Positions 19,249 through 27,239 are shown, counted from the first letter of the stretch. The stretch is DNA of 64,000 nt from Desulfobulbus sp. (GCF_031547805.1 NZ_JAVBRQ010000015.1:4938-68937), one strand, 5' to 3'. The notes: a model not told the origin generated them from the sequence alone. Program-made: numbers and translations.

Positions 19249-20468
19249 TGTTGCGGCTCTTCCCGTTTGGGAAGTGCTCCTTTCAGTTTCTTCGCATGGG
19301 TGTGGACAAAACGGATGAGGTCGCAGATGACAGTAATGTCCCCATCCGTCACGCGCTGGCCCGATGGCACCTGCATCACCTTTTCGCACAGCGCATCCGT
19401 CACGGGCAAGGTATTCATATACTGCGGGAATTGCGTTTTGTAGGGAACACAACGGTGCATGCCGGGCACAAAATAACGCCGGACCAGCACGTTTTCCGCC
19501 TCAAGAATACGCACCAGGGCATCGCGACTGAGGCCGAATTCTTTTTCCTCAATTTCCAGCACCACATACTGATAATTATGTCGTTCCCCAGGCGTGGGCA
19601 GCAAAAAACGAATTCCGGGCACGGCTCGCAGACCTTCAACATAGAGGTGCATGCGTTTTTCATTGGCAGCGCAATTTTTCGGGAAGTCTTCAAGGCTCAG
19701 AAGACCGAAGGCAGCTTGGGCTTCCGAGAACCTGCCATACCCGGCGATAGGAATCGGCACCGTCATTCTCCGTCCGTAACTGCTACGCAGATTTCGCAGG
19801 CGTTCGGCAAGGTCATCATCATTGGTGGTGATGCAGCCGCCTTCAGTGGAGGTTAAAATTTTCGTGCCGTGGAAAGAAAAAACTTCGCAACTCCCAAAGC
19901 CTCCTATGGAAAATCCTCTGTGGGTACACCCTATTGCGTGCGCGGCATCAAAAAAAATAGAGATATCACGTTCTTTTGCCAATTTTGTCAATCCATCAGC
20001 ATCACAGGCGTTTCCCCACAGATGTACCCCCAAAATGGCACAAACACCAGGCGTATCAAGCAGAGGAGCGACGGTATCTGGGGTAATGAGATGACTATGG
20101 TGGGTAATATCGCAAAATACAGGTTCCAGCCCCGCCCAGCTTAAAGCTTGAACAGTAGCCGCGAAGGTAAAACTCGGCACGATGACCTTGCCTCCCACGG
20201 GGAGGTTCAACCCTTTGCAGGCAAGACTCAAGGCGATGGTGGCATTGGTCATAACCAATGCGTATCGCGTACCCAGCAAACGACAGAGTTTTTCTTCAAA
20301 CTCCTGCGTCAATACGCCATGGTTAGTGTAATAACGGCGTTCAAACAAATCATGAAAGGAATCGCAAAAATATTCCCAGGACGGCAGGTTGATCTGTCCC
20401 ACAGGGATCTGGTTTTCAAAGATAGGAGAATTTCCCCATATAGCCAATTCAGAGAGGTTTTTTTTCAT
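19245..20468 (-). CDS. DegT/DnrJ/EryC1/StrS-family PLP sugar aminotransferase (copy 1)
   Basis: About 407 aa. The PLP-lysine context is 'FSFHGTKILTSTEGG', and the fold-type I AAT layout runs throughout. The start was set at ATG 20468 (MKKNLSE...). Confidence 0.85.
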   Translation of the reverse strand: MKKNLSELAIWGNSPIFENQIPVGQINLPSWEYFCDSFHDLFERRYYTNHGVLTQEFEEKLCRLLGTRYALVMTNATIALSLACKGLNLPVGGKVIVPSFTFAATVQALSWAGLEPVFCDITHHSHLITPDTVAPLLDTPGVCAILGVHLWGNACDADGLTKLAKERDISIFFDAAHAIGCTHRGFSIGGFGSCEVFSFHGTKILTSTEGGCITTNDDDLAERLRNLRSSYGRRMTVPIPIAGYGRFSEAQAAFGLLSLEDFPKNCAANEKRMHLYVEGLRAVPGIRFLLPTPGERHNYQYVVLEIEEKEFGLSRDALVRILEAENVLVRRYFVPGMHRCVPYKTQFPQYMNTLPVTDALCEKVMQVPSGQRVTDGDITVICDLIRFVHTHAKKLKGALPKREEPQQ

Positions 20469-21663
20469 ACATATGTCCCTTTTCCCGTAGCATGACTTTG
20501 AGCATCTGCCGATGTTTATAAATGAAATGCAGAGTATCAGAGATGATATCCACATCTTGCTCGGAAACGTGCGTACCGGAGGGGAGGACGCAAGTAGAGG
20601 CGGTAATCGCTTCGGTTACAGGGAGAACTGTCGTGACAAAGCCTTGTTCCGCGATATGCAGGGGGGGGGTATAATAAGGACGAGCCAATATATTTTCAGC
20701 CTCAAGCAGTTGCAAAAGTTCATCGCGAGTTAGTTCCCATTCTTCTTCAAATTTCACCACCACGTTTTTCCAGGTACGTGTTTCATTGGTCGCGTATTTG
20801 AAGAGATGCAAGGGCAAGCCTTCCAGGCCGCTCTTGTATCGCTTAAAAATAATTTTATTATGCCGGAGTTGTTCTTCAATCTCATCAAGGCAAGCCAGAC
20901 TCATCGCGGCATGAAGTTCGTTAAGCTTGGCATTGCAGCCAAGCTCTGTGATCACATCTCTTTTTTGGAAACCAAAGGCTTCCATTCTTTTAAGTTTATC
21001 CCGTAGTTCAAGGTCATTGGTGGTAATATAACCGCCCTCAAAACCGTTGATAAATTTGCTGGCGTGCATGGAAAATACTTCCGCTCTACCGAAACCACCA
21101 ATTTTTCTTCCAGCAATTGTTCCATAAGCGGCTTCAACGGAATCAAAAAGCAAGGGGATGCCGCTTTCAGCGGAAAGCATCTCAAGATCTTCAGCCGCAC
21201 TCATATTGACGATGGGGTGAACTCCGAGCAATAATGCGGTCTTCGTGGAAATAAGCGGCCTGAATAATTCGGCATTAACTCCCAAGGTTTGCGGGTCAAT
21301 ATCCGTAAAACATGGCTCCATCCCGGCCCAACGCACGATAGCCGCCATGCGCCGATATGTGGCTGACGGCATAATGACTTCCGTACAGCCTGGAAGGGCC
21401 AGGGCGTATATGCTCAGTAGCAATGCCATAAAGCCGCTGCAAAAGGTGGCGCAGCTTGCCGTGCCGTGCAGTTCAGCCAAGCGTTTTTCCAACTCGCGGA
21501 CAAGGGGGCCGTTGTTTGTAAGCTGCTGCGTGGTAAACAGGGAGCGGGCATAAGATAAAAAACGTTCTTCAGATGGTCTGTACAAGCCCGATGTGGGTTT
21601 TGGGATATCAAACAAGTTGCTTCCGCCGAAAAGCGCAAGGTCGTCAATATATCGCTTTTTCAT
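20449..21663 (-). CDS. DegT/DnrJ/EryC1/StrS-family PLP sugar aminotransferase (copy 2)
   Basis: 404 aa with the PLP-lysine context 'FSMHASKFINGFEGG'. It overlaps the downstream paralogue by 20 nt and contains a C9 run (20661-20669). Confidence 0.85.
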   Translation of the reverse strand: MKKRYIDDLALFGGSNLFDIPKPTSGLYRPSEERFLSYARSLFTTQQLTNNGPLVRELEKRLAELHGTASCATFCSGFMALLLSIYALALPGCTEVIMPSATYRRMAAIVRWAGMEPCFTDIDPQTLGVNAELFRPLISTKTALLLGVHPIVNMSAAEDLEMLSAESGIPLLFDSVEAAYGTIAGRKIGGFGRAEVFSMHASKFINGFEGGYITTNDLELRDKLKRMEAFGFQKRDVITELGCNAKLNELHAAMSLACLDEIEEQLRHNKIIFKRYKSGLEGLPLHLFKYATNETRTWKNVVVKFEEEWELTRDELLQLLEAENILARPYYTPPLHIAEQGFVTTVLPVTEAITASTCVLPSGTHVSEQDVDIISDTLHFIYKHRQMLKVMLREKGHMYEKKPL

Positions 21664-22363
21664 ATCTACCTGTGGGTACTAACATGGAGTTAAAGCGGTA
21701 ATGAGCTTGATAAAATGCAGGCGGCATTTCCGAAATAAAGACCTTCCAGCCGCAGGATTCAGCGAGTTTTGTGAACCCGCTGCGAGTATACCAGCGCCCT
21801 ATAGCGCTTGTATGGTCGCTTGTGGGCAAAGCTTCCCGGCCATTGAAAAAGACATTGGCGTTGTCTTCGTCAGGAATAGAACCGATAAACAGGCGTTTTA
21901 AGTTAGTAAAGCGCCTACGGAGCAGAGAAAGCACCTCAAAGGCATACGCTTCAGAAAAATAGGCAAAAGATCCAAAACATAATAGTTTAGTAAATCTTTC
22001 CGGACTGGACTCTTCCCGACAATATTCCTGCGCTTCTTGCAACAAAAACGTATGCGAAGGAGGCCGTTCAAAATTTTCCCGGGCTATTTCAATGAGCGAT
22101 GGAGAAAAATCCGCACCAAGATATTCGCGGACCTCATCAAAAAATTCAAAACCAAGTCTTCCGTTGCCACAGCAAAGATCCAGCAGAATATCATCCTGTT
22201 GAAAATTCAACGCTTGCCTGATCATGAGAAAAATCAGATCAAGCTGCTCCTGCGAGAGCGGTTTGCCATTGACCGTTCGGCGCACTTGATCCCAAAAATC
22301 GTCTGAAGCACATGTTTTTGGTCGCTCAATATAATCGTAATGCGCTTGATTTATTTTAGCCAT
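21644..22363 (-). CDS. class I SAM-dependent methyltransferase
   Basis: 239 aa with motif I 'LLDLCCGNGRLG'. It overlaps the downstream gene by 20 nt. Confidence 0.8.
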   Translation of the reverse strand: MAKINQAHYDYIERPKTCASDDFWDQVRRTVNGKPLSQEQLDLIFLMIRQALNFQQDDILLDLCCGNGRLGFEFFDEVREYLGADFSPSLIEIARENFERPPSHTFLLQEAQEYCREESSPERFTKLLCFGSFAYFSEAYAFEVLSLLRRRFTNLKRLFIGSIPDEDNANVFFNGREALPTSDHTSAIGRWYTRSGFTKLAESCGWKVFISEMPPAFYQAHYRFNSMLVPTGRYEKAIY

Positions 22364-22649
22364 ACAAGTTGTCCTTTCTACGCTACATCACGGCCGGCTC
22401 ATATTTTTCCACAGAAAAACTCACAAAAAAAACAGTCGATTGAGTCAAAGACGGCACGGTCCAATCAGATCTCTTTTGCCGAAAAGATTCACCGGTAATC
22501 GGTAACGCCGCGGTCAACATAGACAAAGGAATCTTTAGGGAGTTTCAAGATATCGGCCCAATTAGTCTCGTGGTCATGCCTCTGAAGACTGGCTTCCTTT
22601 GCTGGAAAGTGACCGATCAACATGGCGAGGAATTGGCTCCAGTGGTTGT

Positions 22650-22820
22650 CCTGGATCCGTGATATCAATGCAGTGAAACTGTTATCATCATATTGATTTT
22701 ATAGTGTTTTTCAACCAACATAAAAACTCACCTGCTGGGTGAGTTTTTATGCACCGAAAAAAAGCGAGTAAAATCAATATTGTTATTGCACTTTCATTTC
22801 ACCATCTTCACGGATTCAGG
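22650..22820. mobile_element. MITE-like non-autonomous element, left copy
   Basis: 171 bp. The terminal inverted repeats are CCTGGATCCGTGA ... TCACGGATTCAGG. It is flanked by the direct repeat GTTGT (22645-22649 and 22821-22825). The interior is an extended imperfect palindrome, and no ORF fits inside. It is ~88 % identical (by eye) to the reverse complement of 24041-24210. Confidence 0.7.
22722..22748. terminator. bidirectional terminator-like hairpin at the centre of the left MITE copy
   Basis: AAAAACTCACC-tgctg-GGTGAGTTTTT is a perfect 11-bp stem, with an A-tract and a T-tract on either side. Confidence 0.35.
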
Positions 22821-23163
22821 GTTGTATGAACGAAATTTCCGTTCAGAATGATAACTTGCAGCAAAGGTATCACATCATATTTCGAGACAGGTGCAATCAA
22901 TTGCTTGAGGAGGGTGCCGTAAGGTTATGGTTCGAATCTCTTTGATTTGCATGATTTTCCACAAAATATTGTGCACCAATGAGTTCCTCCGAGCTTCTTC
23001 TTTCTTCAATTTTTACGAGATAACAGTGACGCTGTATAATATTAGCTTTGCAAACAGCATGACCCTAAAGGAACCTTTGAATAATTCAATCTGAAAAAAC
23101 AAACAAACCGTTGATTCAACATGTTAAATGTACAAAACCAACAAATTTGACTGATTATCAAAA

Positions 23164-23976
23164 TTACCTTAATGGTACATTAAAAATTTTTTGCATCCAA
23201 GCTTGTATCCGCCATGGCCTCGTTATTTTAACGTCACCCTTGTCCTGTTTATGGTCATTATAAAATTTTGATACATAATATTTAGTTAATGCATCGCGTT
23301 GCTTTTTTAACGATGGCTCGAGTATAGAATTTCTAGAAATAGACATCGACAAAAAATTATTCGCAATATTATGTAAAATATCACCATAATTTTTATCTAT
23401 GTCTTCATAAAATATACGGTCAGGAGTATGCCCATTGACAGAATAATATGTTTCCCATTGTTGATAGAGTTCATTTATTTCTTTAACTTTACTAGATATG
23501 GCATAAAAGTCATAGTCCGACTCATTGATATTTTTTCGCGACACTTTTTCCGAAGACCAAGACTCGGTGAGCTCTCCCTTAAACCATGAAACTGCCTGTA
23601 AAACAATATCCTTACGTTGAATAGATATAAAATGCAGATTGAATGATTTTAAATACTGTTCATACAACGAAAAATGATTATAATGCGCCTTAACGGCAAA
23701 CAATCCGTTCGATTTTGTCCGATGCTGGATAAGTTTTTCAAGATACTCTTTATCGGACAGAGTACCCCACCTGGCTTCAAAATCAACCCGGTGAACCGGA
23801 TTGAAGAATTCCGTTGACGCGGCTATGGCGTCTATACTCATCAAACCGCGCAATAAAAGAGTGCTGCCGACCCTCGGCGTACTGGCTAAAATAAGAACTT
23901 GCTTAGGTTCGCCGGCATAGAAAGGTTCATCAAACTCGGCTTTGTTGTATTGAGAGTAGTATGTATGCCCGGACAT
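23164..23976 (-). CDS. Stf0-family (PAPS-dependent) carbohydrate sulfotransferase
   Basis: 270 aa. The 5'-PSB-like motif 'LILASTPRVGSTLLLRGL' and the 3'-PB-like motif 'ISIQRKDIVLQAVSWF' align well with my memory of mycobacterial Stf0 (LVLASQRSGSTLLVESL / IHIHRPDVVSQAVSFW). GGAGGAAG lies upstream of the ATG. The gene is very AT-rich. Confidence 0.8.
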   Translation of the reverse strand: MSGHTYYSQYNKAEFDEPFYAGEPKQVLILASTPRVGSTLLLRGLMSIDAIAASTEFFNPVHRVDFEARWGTLSDKEYLEKLIQHRTKSNGLFAVKAHYNHFSLYEQYLKSFNLHFISIQRKDIVLQAVSWFKGELTESWSSEKVSRKNINESDYDFYAISSKVKEINELYQQWETYYSVNGHTPDRIFYEDIDKNYGDILHNIANNFLSMSISRNSILEPSLKKQRDALTKYYVSKFYNDHKQDKGDVKITRPWRIQAWMQKIFNVPLR

Positions 23977-24040
23977 GAGACTTCCTCCAAAGAGTTAGCT
24001 ACAATAAAAACTTATGTGCTTTGGCTGGTAATTCCATCTA

Positions 24041-24210
24041 CCTGAATCCGTGAAGATGGTGAGGTAAAAGTGCAATAACGATATTGATTTTACTCACTTA
24101 TTTCGATGCATAAAAATTCACCCAGCAGGTGAGTTTTTGCACTGGTTGAAAAACGCTATAAAATCAATACAATAGGAACAGTTTCACTGCATTGACATCA
24201 CGGATCCAGG
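24041..24210. mobile_element. MITE-like non-autonomous element, right copy (inverted relative to the left copy)
   Basis: 170 bp. The terminal inverted repeats are CCTGAATCCGTGA ... TCACGGATCCAGG. It is flanked by the direct repeat ATCTA (24036-24040 and 24211-24215). The second ATCTA copy ends one base before the wzt stop codon (24217-24219). Confidence 0.7.
24112..24138. terminator. terminator-like hairpin at the centre of the right MITE copy
   Basis: AAAAATTCACC-cagca-GGTGAGTTTTT is the same hairpin as in the left copy, with one stem mismatch. Confidence 0.3.
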
Positions 24211-24216
24211 ATCTAT

Positions 24217-26244
24217 TTATTTCTCCACTACGTATAATACGCCCATATCCGGCAGACCCAGCCGCTGGAAGCACTCCTCCCCGAACCACTCTTTGCCGAG
24301 TTGCTGCAAGGAAAAGCCGGCCTTGCCGATTCGCTCGACAAAATCCTTTTTGGCATACATGCGGATATGATCATCCTGACCGAACCTGCGCCAGCGCTCC
24401 TCAATCGTGGCTTGCGGGTTCTCGTCGCTCTTTTCCAGAACGAGGCTGAGGGGCACAAGCAACAGCCCAAAGCCGCTCGGCTTGAGAATGCGGTATAATT
24501 CCCGCAAAGCGGCGAGGTCATCCGGGATATGCTCCAACATGTGCAAGCTGATCCAGACATCCACGCTTTCAGCCTCTATTTCAGGCATGTGCGCCAGGTC
24601 AAGCGTATGGTCCACATCCGGGCGCAACAAGTCCGCTGTTTCATGCTGAAAAGAAAAGTTCCGACGTAAAAAATCGCTAAAGGCCGGGTTGGGAGCGAAC
24701 TCAAGAAAGCGGAATTCAGAATCGGTAAACCCCACCCCCAGACGCCGGAGTAAATATTCAGCGCTCATGCGTTCCCGATCCATACCGCCACAAACCGGGC
24801 AGGAAAGTCGACTTCTGTTATAAAATTCCATTTGCAGGGCTTGAGCGTCAAAGCCGTATCGGGTGAGCTTGTCTTCCAGCTCTTGCCACAGGGGAAGATA
24901 GCCGGAATGGGTCTGACCGCAGAGAGAACACGTAAAGTACCGCTGCTCTTTGCCCGCGTAGTGCTCCACAACTGTATTCGGCATATTCGCTGCAGTCCAT
25001 ATTTTTTGAGGATGGCGCGGGGTCACATGAAAAATGAAGGCATGTGCCGCCATGTCGTTGAAACGGCGCTCTCCATTCGCAACAGGAGTAGTCGCCGTCG
25101 CATGGATGCTGTACGTGCCTTCCAAAATTGGCACCCGGGTTGTAAAATCAACGACAAAACGGTCTCCCGCCTTGCCGTGCAGAGGAGGATGCCCCTCCAA
25201 CCCCGTGCCGCTTCCGATGATCCCTTCGTTAAGCCTGTTACGAATCTGATATCCTATATGCGTAGAGCACGCAGCATGAAAGGTGAAATGCAACCGCACG
25301 GTGAGCCTTTGGTTGAACTCCGCCTGCGTTATGATCTCGCCTTTTCCGTCCAACACCTCGACGCATGTAAAATGGACATCGCCCGTTCCCGTCCGTATCA
25401 CCCGGTGTTCAAAATCCGGGTCAATTTTGTAGTCTACGGATGTATCCGATGTCGGAGCGGAGATTTCGTCCACCGCATCCGCTGGCACAGCGCCGGAAAG
25501 TTGTACGTTGCATTGGTTGCGTTGATCCCGCAGGTACATCTCGCTTATCTCAGCGGCGGCCCCCATGGCAAGTATGCTTCCTTGGGCAAGATAGACACCG
25601 CGCTGACAGAGGCGTTTTATGGATCCCATGTCATGGGTGACAAAAAGCACCGTGGTGCCGTTTTGCATCAACGACTGCATTTTCGACATGCATTTAAACT
25701 GAAAGGCAATATCCCCGACAGCCAGAGCTTCGTCAACGATGAGGATGTCCGGATTGCCCTGGATGGCGGCGGCAAAGGCCAGGCGGACGAACATGCCGCT
25801 TGAATAGAGCTTGACCGGTTGGTCGATGAAGTCGCCGATGTCGGCGAATTCAAACGCATTGGGCAGATAGGCGTCGATTTCCTCTTTGAGCATTCCCTGC
25901 AGGGTACCCTGGAAATACACATTCTCCCGGCCCGTGCGCTCGGGGTGGAATCCCGCGCCGAGTTCCAGAAGGGCCGATACGCGCCCCAGAACCTCCACTC
26001 GCCCCGCAGTCGGAGCCAATACCCCGGTGAGCACCTTGAGCAGGGTGGATTTGCCTGAACCGTTGACCCCGATGATGCCGACGCATTCGCCTTTTTCAAC
26101 GGTAAAAGAGAGATCCCGCAGGGCGTAAAAATCCGTGTGACGTTTTCGTCGGAAGGGATCCAGGGCTTCAATGAGCCTGTCGCGCTTCCTTGCGTACAGT
26201 GGGTATACTTTTGAAAGATGTTCAACAGTGATGATCGGCTGCAT
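24217..26244 (-). CDS. wzt: O-antigen/glycan ABC exporter ATP-binding protein with a C-terminal carbohydrate-binding-like domain plus an extra Zn-ribbon/methyltransferase-like domain
   Basis: 675 aa. The nucleotide-binding domain has Walker A 'GVNGSGKST', signature 'YSSGM', Walker B 'ILIVDE' and 'THD'. Residues ~275-415 are beta-rich and Wzt-C-like. Residues ~425-675 carry CSLC...CPVC followed by 'LEFAPNP...SLHMLEHIPDD...LYRILKPSGFGLLLVP'. Confidence 0.85.
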   Translation of the reverse strand: MQPIITVEHLSKVYPLYARKRDRLIEALDPFRRKRHTDFYALRDLSFTVEKGECVGIIGVNGSGKSTLLKVLTGVLAPTAGRVEVLGRVSALLELGAGFHPERTGRENVYFQGTLQGMLKEEIDAYLPNAFEFADIGDFIDQPVKLYSSGMFVRLAFAAAIQGNPDILIVDEALAVGDIAFQFKCMSKMQSLMQNGTTVLFVTHDMGSIKRLCQRGVYLAQGSILAMGAAAEISEMYLRDQRNQCNVQLSGAVPADAVDEISAPTSDTSVDYKIDPDFEHRVIRTGTGDVHFTCVEVLDGKGEIITQAEFNQRLTVRLHFTFHAACSTHIGYQIRNRLNEGIIGSGTGLEGHPPLHGKAGDRFVVDFTTRVPILEGTYSIHATATTPVANGERRFNDMAAHAFIFHVTPRHPQKIWTAANMPNTVVEHYAGKEQRYFTCSLCGQTHSGYLPLWQELEDKLTRYGFDAQALQMEFYNRSRLSCPVCGGMDRERMSAEYLLRRLGVGFTDSEFRFLEFAPNPAFSDFLRRNFSFQHETADLLRPDVDHTLDLAHMPEIEAESVDVWISLHMLEHIPDDLAALRELYRILKPSGFGLLLVPLSLVLEKSDENPQATIEERWRRFGQDDHIRMYAKKDFVERIGKAGFSLQQLGKEWFGEECFQRLGLPDMGVLYVVEK

Positions 26245-26263
26245 AACCGCATAACCCGGCTGA

Positions 26264-27073
26264 TCAGATGACGTCCGCGAAATGCGGTCGCAGTCTTTTG
26301 AAGGTAATGGCTCCGGCGCATACCACGACCGAAAGCCAGGCGAAAAAAAACAGATGATCTAGCAGGGGGCGTTGCCAGAACCAGAGCGGTTCCACAAAGG
26401 TGTTTCGGTAGCCCTGTATGATGTAATACGCCGGGTTGGCGGTAAAGAACCAGTGATATTTCGGCGGCAGCATCGCAGGATTCCAGACGATGGGCGTTGC
26501 CCAGAAACCAAGGTTCATGCCGATACCCAAAACGCTTGCAGCGTCCGGAATGAACACCGTGAGAGCGGAGGTAGCCCAGGTAAGCCCTAGCAGGAACAGA
26601 AACATCAAAGGAAAATAGTAGAACCACTGCAGCCAGTACAGAGAAGGGAACATGTCGAAGTACAGAAGGATACCCAGCAGAAGGCACATCAAGGAAAGGT
26701 GTATGACGGCAAGGGCGCACAGCCGGATACCGGGCAAATAGCTCATGCGAAAGGTCGCCTTGCGCACCAGAAAACTGTAGGAAACGACCGAAGACGCCCC
26801 TGACTGCGCTCCATCGGCAAAATAGTACCAGGGCACCAAACCGCAAGCCAGCCACGCGACAAAGGGGAGACCGCTTTCATTGACCGTGGCAACTCTCAAC
26901 CCAAATTGGAAGACCAGGGAGATGACGGTCAGAGAGACCACCGGCCCGATAATAGCCCAGGCAAAACCAAGGTAGGACGACAAGTGATTCTGCGTAAAAT
27001 CTCCCTTGACCAGAGTCAGGAGGTTTCGCTTCTGCCTCCATAATTGCATAAATCCAACTAACACCGTGGACAC
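26264..27073 (-). CDS. wzm: ABC-2 type glycan exporter permease
   Basis: 269 aa with 6 TM helices and an ABC-2 layout, lying immediately upstream of wzt. Confidence 0.85.
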   Translation of the reverse strand: MSTVLVGFMQLWRQKRNLLTLVKGDFTQNHLSSYLGFAWAIIGPVVSLTVISLVFQFGLRVATVNESGLPFVAWLACGLVPWYYFADGAQSGASSVVSYSFLVRKATFRMSYLPGIRLCALAVIHLSLMCLLLGILLYFDMFPSLYWLQWFYYFPLMFLFLLGLTWATSALTVFIPDAASVLGIGMNLGFWATPIVWNPAMLPPKYHWFFTANPAYYIIQGYRNTFVEPLWFWQRPLLDHLFFFAWLSVVVCAGAITFKRLRPHFADVI

Positions 27074-27239
27074 CTCTTCATGTCAACATGTAGCATATAG
27101 ACTTTGATGAACCTCATCAGCATGCCTTTTCAAATGCCATCGTTTTTCCCAAACTTGTTGCATGCACATGTTTTTGTTCCAAGGTTTTTCCTATATAAAA
27201 CCCGCGGTAGGTCCACAAGGCACTGAGCATGGCCTGTCA

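Noticed and set aside
22497-22697. Minus-strand mini-ORF ('...SRIQDNHWSQFLAMLIGHFPAKEASLQRHDHETNWADILKLPKDSFVYVDRGVTDYR*') running out of the left MITE, considered as a gene disrupted by the insertion
   Set aside because: There is no usable start codon. After in-silico removal of the MITE and one TSD copy, the frame still hits a stop about 20 codons upstream with no ATG. I recognise no family.
22929-22940. tRNA-like 'GGTTCGAATC' T-loop sequence, considered as a tRNA fragment or integration att site
   Set aside because: The flanking bases (tatgg / ctctt) cannot form a T-stem, and no acceptor or anticodon arms are present.
22650-24210. The two inverted ~170-bp repeats plus the enclosed sulfotransferase gene as a single composite transposon or TIR-bounded cassette
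   Set aside because: A unit that transposed as a whole should carry one TSD at its outer ends. Here the outer flanks differ (GTTGT versus ATCTA) and each repeat has its own matching 5-bp duplication. That indicates two independent MITE insertions.
22650-24210. Invertible (phase-variable) DNA segment flanked by recombinase-recognised inverted repeats
   Set aside because: The repeats are explained as MITE copies. No invertase or recombinase gene is present in the window. The repeats are much longer and more diverged than typical inverton IRs. Homologous inversion remains possible but unsupported.
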